A DNA stretch of 43,535 bases from a virus (lineage: Duplodnaviria > Caudoviricetes): IMG/VR virus record IMGVR_UViG_3300048574_000396, positions 1 to 43,535 of that record; one strand, written 5' to 3'. Made by a program: the position numbers and the translations under genes. The notes under the pieces are model-generated. The model saw nothing but the letters and a program-made list of their open reading frames with translations. It had not been told where the DNA came from and ran no database searches. The first letter of the stretch is position 1; every line of letters begins with the position of its first letter. Positions 1 through 7,720 of this stretch are shown here, in pieces.

Positions 1-306
1 TCACTCGCAAAACGCCTTGTTGAGCTCCTTGGGGAATTCCTCCAGCAGGGCTTTGTTTAAGAAGAAGCATGTCCATTGGCCGCGCTTTTCCCTGAGGATG
101 ACGCCAGCCTGTTCGAGCACCGCCAGGTGCTGGGAAACCGTGGATTGCGCCAGGCCTGTGGTGGTCACCACGTCCGCCACGCTGATGCCCTCCTCGAAGT
201 ACTGTATCTTGTCGCAGCAGGTGCCGATGGTCTGGTCCTTCATGGCCTTGACGATCTGGTACCGGGTCTCGTTGCCCAGGGCGTTGCAGATTTTCGAGAG
301 CTCCAT
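1..306 (-). CDS. ArsR/SmtB family transcriptional regulator (host gene flanking the insertion site)
   Basis: 101 aa; 'ALGNETRYQIV', 'SVADV...GLAQSTVSQHL..L..AG.I..EKRGQW' winged-HTH pattern; Cys pair CCDK; GGAGGGG RBS. Confidence 0.9.
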   Translation of the reverse strand: MELSKICNALGNETRYQIVKAMKDQTIGTCCDKIQYFEEGISVADVVTTTGLAQSTVSQHLAVLEQAGVILREKRGQWTCFFLNKALLEEFPKELNKAFCE

Positions 307-326
307 GAAATCCCCTCCCCGGACGC

Positions 327-379
327 ATCGTATTTTCCCGATACCACCGTCATTATATCGGATTTTTGCGATATGTCAA
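327..379 (-). promoter_or_regulatory. sigmaA promoter of the ArsR gene with two ATCG-N8-CGAT operators
   Basis: Minus strand TTGACA (374-379), 16 bp, TATAAT (352-357); inverted repeats ATCG-N8-CGAT at 357-372 and 327-342. Confidence 0.7.
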
Positions 380-422
380 TGGACTCCCGGGTAAATTTTG
401 ATGCGCTGTTGCTTTGGCAGTC

Positions 423-460
423 AGAAAGCCCCGAAATCCTTCGATTTCAGGGCTTTTCTT
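423..460 (-). terminator. Intrinsic terminator downstream of the original tRNA-Met 3' end
   Basis: AGAAAGCCCCGAAATC-CTTC-GATTTCAGGGCTTTTCT hairpin adjacent to the CCA end of the tRNA fragment. Confidence 0.8.
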
Positions 461-462
461 GA

Positions 463-508
463 TGGTAGCGGCGGTCGGATTCGAACCAACGACACTCCGC
501 GTATGAAC
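463..508 (-). repeat. tRNA-Met(CAT) 3'-half fragment; att core copy 1
   Basis: Reverse complement GTTCATACGCGGAGTGTCGTTGGTTCGAATCCGACCGCCGCTACCA: anticodon loop TTCATAC, T-loop TTCGAAT, CCA end; no 5' half; 45/46 identical to 2874-2919. Confidence 0.9.
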
Positions 509-802
509 ACGATTTTTTGGGGTTGTCAGGATTATTATTTCCTAATTTATAGGCGCTGAAAAAGGTTGGCATATTTGTACACAAACTGTGCAACGGCAAA
601 GCAAATACCATCATTTCAAATGAGGGCATTACAGCCTACAGCATGTGCAAAAGGTACGTAATAGCGGTGGCAATATGGGTGGATGGTAGGATTCCGCATT
701 CGTGTAAAAGCAGGGAACGTGAACTGAGCGGTGTGGGCTCTGCCAGTTGCAGCATGAATAGCACTTAGCAATAATCGGCTTCCGAATTAATCCTGCGTTC
801 GC

Positions 803-852
803 TTGCATTATGAGCAATTCGAGGTTATAATAATAAATAGAACAAATGTTCG
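803..852 (+). promoter_or_regulatory. sigmaA promoter with LexA (Cheo/SOS) box
   Basis: TTGCAT (803-808), 17 bp, TATAAT (826-831); AGAACAAATGTTCG at 839-852 fits the Firmicute GAAC-N4-GTTC consensus. Confidence 0.75.
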
Positions 853-1000
853 ATATTATTTGTGAGCGCTTGATTTTCTTGGGTATCAACGGGAGTAGAT
901 GGAAAGGATGGAATTTATTTTTTCTGATAGCGGCATGCAACAAAATGCCTTCATAAAGGGACTAAACGCTTCATAGCCTAGGGATAGAGGGGGTGTTTTC

Positions 1001-1156
1001 ATGGTTGTCAACCAAGAGGAAGCTTTACAGGAAGTCTTAAAAGCGATCATCACGATCACAAAGCGAACGGGGGATAGCGGGATCATTCAAGATGGCGCGG
1101 GTGAATTTTTGGCGGCTTGCTCAAAACTTGTGGATTCCTTTAACAACATGCACTGA
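1001..1156 (+). CDS. Small hypothetical protein (51 aa, not in the ORF track)
   Basis: MVVNQEEALQEVLKAIITITKRTGDSGIIQDGAGEFLAACSKLVDSFNNMH; GAGGGGG RBS 7 nt upstream; downstream of the SOS promoter. Confidence 0.55.
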   Translation: MVVNQEEALQEVLKAIITITKRTGDSGIIQDGAGEFLAACSKLVDSFNNMH

Positions 1157-1241
1157 CGAAGGAAAACCTCTGATCCCAGCCAAAGATTTAGAAGGTAAAA
1201 AATTCGGATACAGGGCCTAGGCTGTGGTGGTTCAAACGTGC

Positions 1242-1270
1242 TTTACATGAAAAGCGGCTTGTGCTAGAAT
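1242..1270 (+). promoter_or_regulatory. sigmaA promoter for the protease gene
   Basis: TTTACA, 17 bp, TAGAAT with extended TG. Confidence 0.6.
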
Positions 1271-1303
1271 GTCAATAACCAAAGGTTGGGAGGGGCGTGC
1301 CGG

Positions 1304-2299
1304 ATGAATTCTGCACAAAAGCTGCTGTATCAGGAAATCGAAAAGGCGCGTAACTCTAGGTTGCTTGTGTATGCCACTGGTGACCGGCAGGGTATGGAGA
1401 CTCAAATAGGGAACGATGCAACTGATTACTTTGCTGAGCATCTCGACGCAATAGGAATCGTTCATAAAATTACTCTGTTTCTATATACCTGTGGTGGTAA
1501 TACTTTGGCTGGTTGGAATATCGTTAACCTAATACGCCAATTCTGTGACGATTTCGAGGTCATTGTTCCTGTAAAGGCTCGAAGCACAGGTACATTAATG
1601 TGCTTGGGTGCTAATAGGATAATAATGACAAAGCAAGCAACCCTTGGGCCAATTGACCCAAGTATGAACACACCATTAAACCCGGTAGCGGCATCCAACG
1701 GGCAAGAGATTCGTGTACCAGTTAGTGTGGAAGCAATCAAAGGATTTCTTGAGCTCGCGCGGCACGAATTAAATGCTAACGAAGCGGCGCTGGCAAGCAT
1801 ATTTGAAGTTCTCGCACAAAATGTTCATCCATTGGTGCTTGGCGAAGCGTATCGTGCAACCGGTCAGATCAAAATGCTAGCTAAAAAGTTACTTGTCAAT
1901 CAGGTATCGGATGAAGATAAAATTGAGAAAATTGTCTCGTTCCTTTGTAGCGAGTCGGGAAGCCATGACTACACAATTAGCCGACGAGAAGCAAGGGACA
2001 ATCTAGGCTTAATTATTGAAAAACCTGATGAGGCGCTGTACGGTTTGATAAAGAAGGCATATGATGGGATAAGAGATGAATTGAATTTGCGTACACCTTA
2101 TAGCCCTGCGTTGTTGTTGGGGGCCCAAGGTTCTCGTCCATATTGTGAAAGGCGTGTCCTGCTCGAGAGCGTTGCTGGAGGTGTTGATGCATTTGTTTCA
2201 GAAGGAGTATTAACAAGAATACCACTTCCACAGAACCCGTCGGCTATCGCAATCAACGACCAGCGTACATTTGAAGGGTGGAAACATTATGATGAATAA
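1304..2299 (+). CDS. SDH-family (ClpP/crotonase-fold) serine protease
   Basis: Motifs 'LFLYTCGG', 'A.STGTLMCLGA..IIM...A.LGPIDP' (nucleophile Ser), 'SHDYTISRREA'; GGAGG RBS before ATG 1304. Confidence 0.85.
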   Translation: MNSAQKLLYQEIEKARNSRLLVYATGDRQGMETQIGNDATDYFAEHLDAIGIVHKITLFLYTCGGNTLAGWNIVNLIRQFCDDFEVIVPVKARSTGTLMCLGANRIIMTKQATLGPIDPSMNTPLNPVAASNGQEIRVPVSVEAIKGFLELARHELNANEAALASIFEVLAQNVHPLVLGEAYRATGQIKMLAKKLLVNQVSDEDKIEKIVSFLCSESGSHDYTISRREARDNLGLIIEKPDEALYGLIKKAYDGIRDELNLRTPYSPALLLGAQGSRPYCERRVLLESVAGGVDAFVSEGVLTRIPLPQNPSAIAINDQRTFEGWKHYDE

Positions 2300-2480
2300 G
2301 GAATCTATTCAGAATCTCGTGTATCTTCCAACATCTTCTGCTCTTGAGAAGCCTTCAGATGATAGCGACAATCCTCGTTCGTTGATTAGTTTAATGCGAG
2401 ACAAGACAGTCATTGCTGGTTACGAGCTAAATACACCGGTTGTGCAGACTCAAGTATACACCATTTGCATTACTCTATGA
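2289..2480 (+). CDS. Small hypothetical protein overlapping the protease stop
   Basis: ATGATG at 2289 overlaps the last codons of the protease; 63 aa. Confidence 0.5.
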   Translation: MMNKESIQNLVYLPTSSALEKPSDDSDNPRSLISLMRDKTVIAGYELNTPVVQTQVYTICITL

Positions 2481-2831
2481 TTCACTGTTCCGCACATATT
2501 CTGTTCTTTTTGTCACCCCAATCCTTACAGTCAAGAAATGGCTGTAGGGATTGTTTTTTACACTTGTGCCGCAAACACCACCGAACGCAAGGCGATTCTC
2601 ATCGAGGATTACGCGATGAACCTTGCCAGAAGGACACAGGCCGCTTATGTCCAAGAGGCATTTCCAATATATCTACCTTACGCGCATCGTCATGAAACGT
2701 GTTTGAGCTGATTAAACTAATAGGCACAAAATACTGAACAAACCGGATGTTTTGTGCAGAAGTTCTGCCCTGGAAACGATAATGAGACTTCCGGTTCAGT
2801 GATTTCTGCCAGAAAAAAGTGCGGTATATAC

Positions 2832-2872
2832 AGAAAAACAGTGCATCTTCTGATCCGAGATGCACTGTTTCT
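2832..2872 (-). terminator. Intrinsic terminator next to the second tRNA 3' fragment
   Basis: AGAAAAACAGTGCATCT-TCTGATCCG-AGATGCACTGTTTCT hairpin abutting the CCA end. Confidence 0.8.
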
Positions 2873-2873
2873 T

Positions 2874-2919
2874 TGGTAGCGGCGGTCGGATTCGAACCAA
2901 CGACACTCCGGGTATGAAC
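2874..2919 (-). repeat. tRNA-Met(CAT) 3'-half fragment; left att core of the prophage
   Basis: Reverse complement GTTCATACCCGGAGTGTCGTTGGTTCGAATCCGACCGCCGCTACCA; similarity to tRNA stops at the anticodon loop, typical of tyrosine-integrase sites. Confidence 0.9.
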
Positions 2920-3001
2920 TGAATTATATGCCTACCTCTGCCTGTAGAAACCCAGTAAATTAGGCATTTTCCCTACCATGCACGGGGATGCTCGAGAAAA
3001 G

Positions 3002-3022
3002 AAAGTTGCATAAAAGTTGCAC
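3002..3022 (+). repeat. Putative integrase arm-type sites
   Basis: AAAGTTGCAT-AAAAGTTGCAC tandem repeat (11-bp period) about 80 bp inside the att core; same motif at 43484-43505. Confidence 0.65.
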
Positions 3023-3156
3023 TTTGGGCAATGCTCTGTGTTTCTTTGTCAGCTACTAGTTTTGCGGCTGTTTGGGTTCCGGCCAACGGAGTCGAACATT
3101 ATTGCCCTGCCTTCTCTATAACAAGTTGTTCGACACACTCCTTACATCCTTTTCCA

Positions 3157-3783
3157 TTAAGATATTCGGATGTCGTCGAAAACTACGGGAATTCTTTGAT
3201 TCAACTCGTTAAATATTAGTTTCGCAATTTGTTGCATCTGAGGATGAGCGAAAGTTTGTGTTCTTAGTCTAAAAAAGTGTCGCCACTCCCTTAGGTTCAT
3301 TGTTACAATTATCTCGGTCTTTAAACTGTTAGGCAACACTGATCGTGCTTCTTGCGGCGATGAACCAGATTTCAATAAATCCATATACACTTTTTCGCAA
3401 TAACACATTGCGTCATGCCACATCGCAAATTTTGTATCATCACTTTCATAAAATAATGGCTTAATACAAGTTATTTCGCTTCCGTATTTGCTTTTTGAGT
3501 AATTGCAATACCGAGTGCTTTCTTGGCTATAACTAGCTATTCTGTGTCTCACAATTTCGTGTGAAACGCCTCTATCGCATATTACCCTTACTGTCACTTT
3601 TTCATGTTCAAGTACCGACTCGTGCCCGTTGTCAAGAATTTTACGAATAAATTCTTTCGACGAAGAGTCAGTAATCGCGCTTTCGCTCTTATAACATACC
3701 CGTCCATATCTTTCAATATTTCGAATAATTTGATCTCCATCAATGCAGTCTTCGATAACAACATATGGTTCAATCACTTTCAC
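3157..3783 (-). CDS. thyX: FAD-dependent thymidylate synthase ThyX
   Basis: Signature RHRIASYSQESTRY (RHR-x7-S), HESVLEH, 'EARSVLPNS..TE...TMNLREWRHFF.LR....AHPQM'. Confidence 0.95.
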   Translation of the reverse strand: MKVIEPYVVIEDCIDGDQIIRNIERYGRVCYKSESAITDSSSKEFIRKILDNGHESVLEHEKVTVRVICDRGVSHEIVRHRIASYSQESTRYCNYSKSKYGSEITCIKPLFYESDDTKFAMWHDAMCYCEKVYMDLLKSGSSPQEARSVLPNSLKTEIIVTMNLREWRHFFRLRTQTFAHPQMQQIAKLIFNELNQRIPVVFDDIRIS

Positions 3784-3787
3784 TTTA

Positions 3788-5503
3788 TTAATTTCCTTTC
3801 AAATGAAATTTATATACGCATGTTTCTGGGTCATTTTTACATATCTCAATGGTATACCCGCTTATGAGGAATTTAGATAGCACACCGATTTTTGACAAAG
3901 AGACTTCGAGGGTCTCCTCGCCGTTTCCAACATTCTCTCTATTAATGAGTCCGATTACCTTGTGAACAGATACTTTTGTATCGGATTTAATAGTATTACA
4001 TATATTCAGAATCGTCTCTCCAGTGTTGTTTGTGCCGACGATTAAAACAGGTTTTACAGATCTATCTTCGATGATTTTATCCTTGATTGTCTTTATAGAC
4101 TTTTCCCATTCCGTAAATCTGGTAGATTTATCTTCGGGTATAACGTAGGCGATAGGCTGATTTATTATAAAACCGATGTGAGATGATATAATAACTCCGC
4201 TATTCGCGATACCTATTAATAGATAATTATCACCTAATTCGTCGGGCAAACAATCAAAACTGTTTGAATAGAGATAGTTAATAAACGCCTGAGATATTCT
4301 ATCCAATAGCTTGTGGCTCGTTAATATACCGCTGCAGTCTAATTTGTTACGTGTTCTAATGCTGTTTTGGCGGCCTTTTGCGCTATGAAGAAGATAATGA
4401 CCCTCATAAAATAGACCATTAGACTCTATGTGCGCATGAATATCTTCAATAAGCGATAGTATGTTTATCGTTTTTGTCTTCTTATCTTTATCGGCGCTTC
4501 TTTCGACAATCTTGTCATACTGCGACTTAAAACTACGATTCTTCCATTCAATAACGATACTTTGATTGAATTGCACATGTTCCATCTCATTTATCGTCTT
4601 AGCAACATTCAGCAATTCACGGTTAAGTTTATCTACAACTTCTTTTAGCAGCTGCAGGTAATATGGCCGATTAGTAGCAATAAGTGCTTCATTTAACACT
4701 AATGTCACTGTTCCGACACCTATATTTACTGTTTCAACTAATTCGAGTTTATCCCAGTACTTCTTTGATATGTCGTCTGCCGGTTTGTTTGTAATACCAG
4801 TTATTCTACTGGATGAGCAATCGAGTTCATCTGCCCATCTCAAATATGCAGATAATTCCCTGAGCCGCATATTGCCATTACGGTCTTCTTTTTGTACGTC
4901 GGCATATAAGAACAAGTCTCTGTTTAATGTATCAAATGTTCTCTCGTTCTCTAGCTTAATATCGCTGTGTCCTAGAATTACCCAAGCTACAGCCTTTTGA
5001 ATTCTTTCATCTTTAACTACATATTTAAGTACTGTGGAAAGGTCGCTATGAACCTTCTTCAGTTCATCGTTGTATTTTGGTTTATCTGGTGTAACACCAT
5101 TCTCGTATAACTGATTTAAAACGTCTTGATCTATTGTATAAATATTGTCTTCAATGGTCGTGGCAGCATATTTGCTTACAATACCCGATCCATTCAATGA
5201 ATGAATAGGCCTGCCATAAGGATTATATGCCATATCGATGTCGTGAAGTAAACAAGCTAACTGAAATACATATAGTTCATCAACCGAATAATCAGATGCA
5301 CGCAATAGTTTGGATGCATTAATCAAAACTCCTTTAATATGATGTTCATAGTCATGTGGTGTGTATGCAATTGGTAAAAAGTACTGATCCTCAGTAAATA
5401 TATCCCTGATTCGATCGTGCGTTTTAATCCATCGATCATAAAGATCTGAGTCGTTTTTCTTAATTCTCTTGTTGATCTTAAGATTGTCGAACCATTCAGC
5501 CAC
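3788..5503 (-). CDS. HD-domain phosphohydrolase fused to a degenerate C-terminal type I PRTase domain
   Basis: N-term 'TPHDYEHH', 'CLLHDIDM', 'HS', 'GHS', 'LRWADELD' (HD metal ligands); C-term 'GHYLL', 'LIGIANSGVIISS', 'VLIVGTNNTGETI' resembling orotate PRTase; GTG start with AAGGAG RBS. Confidence 0.75.
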   Translation of the reverse strand: MAEWFDNLKINKRIKKNDSDLYDRWIKTHDRIRDIFTEDQYFLPIAYTPHDYEHHIKGVLINASKLLRASDYSVDELYVFQLACLLHDIDMAYNPYGRPIHSLNGSGIVSKYAATTIEDNIYTIDQDVLNQLYENGVTPDKPKYNDELKKVHSDLSTVLKYVVKDERIQKAVAWVILGHSDIKLENERTFDTLNRDLFLYADVQKEDRNGNMRLRELSAYLRWADELDCSSSRITGITNKPADDISKKYWDKLELVETVNIGVGTVTLVLNEALIATNRPYYLQLLKEVVDKLNRELLNVAKTINEMEHVQFNQSIVIEWKNRSFKSQYDKIVERSADKDKKTKTINILSLIEDIHAHIESNGLFYEGHYLLHSAKGRQNSIRTRNKLDCSGILTSHKLLDRISQAFINYLYSNSFDCLPDELGDNYLLIGIANSGVIISSHIGFIINQPIAYVIPEDKSTRFTEWEKSIKTIKDKIIEDRSVKPVLIVGTNNTGETILNICNTIKSDTKVSVHKVIGLINRENVGNGEETLEVSLSKIGVLSKFLISGYTIEICKNDPETCVYKFHLKGN

Positions 5504-5515
5504 AAATACCGCTCC

Positions 5516-6550
5516 TTACTTTACATAGCATTTATAGTAATTAGAAACATAATCATTGATGCCAAACAAAGTTAAAATCGGGCGTGACGTATTTGGTTTT
5601 TTGAACCGTGCAACCCCAACAGCACAAACTATCTTCGCGTTTTTAGTATCACACAGCATTTTTACCCGACTAAATTCAGTACCTATGCACATGAAGTCAA
5701 ATATATAGCAGTAGTTTCTTCCTCTGTGAATTTTATCGTTCATCTTTTCGTCCATTATGGAAATTGTCGGTCCAACGTTTTTTAGGAATATTACGGGTTT
5801 CCTAATAAGCGCAGAAATTGAACTCGCCAACACCGCTCCATTAACACTAGCACAGATAAATGCATCTATATTATTCAATTTTCTATTTATTGAGCTAATA
5901 ATTAGTTTTACCATCTCGAAAACAATTAAGTTCATAATGCTCGGATCGCTGACAACAGATTTAATGTCGACGTACCGATTTGCAGTAATGTTTGATGATA
6001 TTATTGCAACTTTGCTTCTGCTGCGCAATTGGTAATCGGGGCATACATTCTTAAATATATAATTCATTTTGGCGTAATCGATTCCAACACCATATTTGAG
6101 TGACTCGAAAAGCAGGCTACATCTTTCAAGGTTGCTAGAATTATCAGAGACTATGACACCATTACCATTGTCTACCAGTTTTGAAATGTGCGTTTTTGGG
6201 GTCTGACTAAGAATTAGTTTTGTAGCTTCCTTTGATTCATTCATGAAGTATATTGTCTTGGTCTTTAAAATTTCAAATACTATCTCTTCAAAAACATGTA
6301 CAGCAGAGTGTTGGATATCTCTTGCATCCCACACAATTATATCTTTTGTATTCGCAAACAGCCCTTTAGTAATTATTTCTACTTTTTCATCAATATACAC
6401 CGACTGGTCAATATTGACAAATATAGAGGCAAAACCTAAATAGTCTTCTTGTTGAATGCACGTTTGATTCCACAACATCAAATTGTTTTGATGAATGGAT
6501 ACGTAGGAATACTCAACATCCGTTGTAACGAAATTGTAAAAAAGCATCAT
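5516..6550 (-). CDS. PRTase-fold protein with a possible N-terminal STAS-like domain
   Basis: C-term 'RYVDIK', 'FICASVNGAVLASSIS', 'CYIFDFMCIGTE' (PRPP-loop position); N-term 'IIVWDARDIQH...IYFMN' STAS-like. Confidence 0.65.
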   Translation of the reverse strand: MMLFYNFVTTDVEYSYVSIHQNNLMLWNQTCIQQEDYLGFASIFVNIDQSVYIDEKVEIITKGLFANTKDIIVWDARDIQHSAVHVFEEIVFEILKTKTIYFMNESKEATKLILSQTPKTHISKLVDNGNGVIVSDNSSNLERCSLLFESLKYGVGIDYAKMNYIFKNVCPDYQLRSRSKVAIISSNITANRYVDIKSVVSDPSIMNLIVFEMVKLIISSINRKLNNIDAFICASVNGAVLASSISALIRKPVIFLKNVGPTISIMDEKMNDKIHRGRNYCYIFDFMCIGTEFSRVKMLCDTKNAKIVCAVGVARFKKPNTSRPILTLFGINDYVSNYYKCYVK

Positions 6551-6553
6551 TGA

Positions 6554-7642
6554 TTACCCCTCAATAATCACTTCAATATGTACACCGTCAAAGACGTTAT
6601 TACATATTTCGAATGTTCCGGTTTGATTCTCAATGATTCTAACGCGTGGATTTAGAATTAGTTTGCGAAGAGCTATCCTGTTAATGCGCAAACAACCATC
6701 ACTTTTATTTTCAATGTCCGGTTTTATATAGAACAGCTTGCAAACAGTAAACGTGTCAAGCCTCAAAATTGTATCGACAGAATGGATTAAAATGCTCCCG
6801 CCGTTTTTATACACCAATTCATATATGACATCCGAAAGCCCATACTTTTCTTTAGTATCTATCATCCAGAAACATAATGCTTCAATTATACCAGCTAAAT
6901 TTCGAAATGGAGTATTACCAATTTTAACGAATTCGTCCATAGTCAGTATGCGTGGTGCTGCTTTCGATTGCTTGTACTTAGATTTCATGCTGTTATAATA
7001 TCCTACACCCGAATCTGTATTCGAAAACGACAAACCCGACGATGAGTAGCATTGAAATGTATAGAATGAATCCGACATACCATGTTCAATTGAGTTTATT
7101 ATTATATTTGAATATGCCTCGATCAGTTTTTTCTTGTTAAGCGCATATCTATCCGAAAGCTTTTTCTTATCGAAAAGAGCATCCAACTTGTTTCGTACAT
7201 CCGAAAATACTCTGTCTTTCGAGGCGGCAATATCCTTAGATTCATTTATATTAAAAATAGAACGATTAATCTCTTTGATAGTTTCAATCTTTTCAATGTT
7301 GTAACTCTTTTTTAAATCCATTTTCGTGGAAAGATTATATGAGTTTAGGTTCGAACTGAACAACCTAAAGTGATCGGATAACATAAAAAAATCTGTTGAT
7401 ATTAGATAAGACACTACCGCACTTGACATTCCAAACAATAAATGAGGTACATTTCTGCCATTTTGATAAAATATATGGAAGTAACTTAACAAACTGCATG
7501 TCGCACCAGGCGTAATATGATTTGTCTCCTTAAAATCAATAATTAGCTTATCGTCATCCGATAGTAGATACTCGTAAAATTGAGGCAAGACAACACTATA
7601 TAAAAAATCAGTATCTAAAATTGCTGGCATGCAAATATGCAT
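6554..7642 (-). CDS. STAS-like domain plus GHKL (HATPase_c-like) ATPase/kinase
   Basis: 'LIIDFKETNHITP..T.SLL', 'VVSYL..TDFF' (STAS); N-box 'NIIINSIEHG', G1 'TDSGVG', G2 'YGLSDV', G3 'GVHIEV'. Confidence 0.7.
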   Translation of the reverse strand: MHICMPAILDTDFLYSVVLPQFYEYLLSDDDKLIIDFKETNHITPGATCSLLSYFHIFYQNGRNVPHLLFGMSSAVVSYLISTDFFMLSDHFRLFSSNLNSYNLSTKMDLKKSYNIEKIETIKEINRSIFNINESKDIAASKDRVFSDVRNKLDALFDKKKLSDRYALNKKKLIEAYSNIIINSIEHGMSDSFYTFQCYSSSGLSFSNTDSGVGYYNSMKSKYKQSKAAPRILTMDEFVKIGNTPFRNLAGIIEALCFWMIDTKEKYGLSDVIYELVYKNGGSILIHSVDTILRLDTFTVCKLFYIKPDIENKSDGCLRINRIALRKLILNPRVRIIENQTGTFEICNNVFDGVHIEVIIEG

Positions 7643-7691
7643 AGTTGTAGCCCTCTATACAGTATAACAAATAGAAAGAAAATGATAATAT

Positions 7692-7720
7692 ATAATAACA
7701 TAAAAATTAATAAAATGCAA
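7692..7720 (-). promoter_or_regulatory. sigmaA promoter for the four-gene thyX operon
   Basis: TTGCAT (7715-7720), 17 bp, TATTAT (7692-7697) with extended TG; AGAGGG RBS before ATG 7642. Confidence 0.65.

Larger units (their letters stand above)
463..2919. mobile_element. Small integrase-less genomic islet between two tRNA-Met 3' fragments
   Basis: Flanked by 46-bp direct repeats; more AT-rich than the phage structural genes; carries a protease gene and small ORFs. Confidence 0.75.

Noticed and set aside
463-508. Functional tRNA-Met genes at 463-508 and 2874-2919
   Set aside because: Only the anticodon loop to CCA is present; D-arm and 5' acceptor strand are missing, so these are att remnants
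2599-2865. Possible integrase remnant in the islet ('VDILEMPLGHK')
   Set aside because: Only an LGH-like tripeptide; no H-x-x-R or catalytic Tyr context and no RBS
463-2919. CRISPR array suggested by the 46-bp repeats
   Set aside because: Only two copies 2.4 kb apart, tRNA-derived, and no cas genes
3157-3783. thyX as a host housekeeping gene or ordinary phage replication gene
   Set aside because: It lies inside the att/arm boundary, shares the operon's AT-rich composition and coupling, and is far from the replication module
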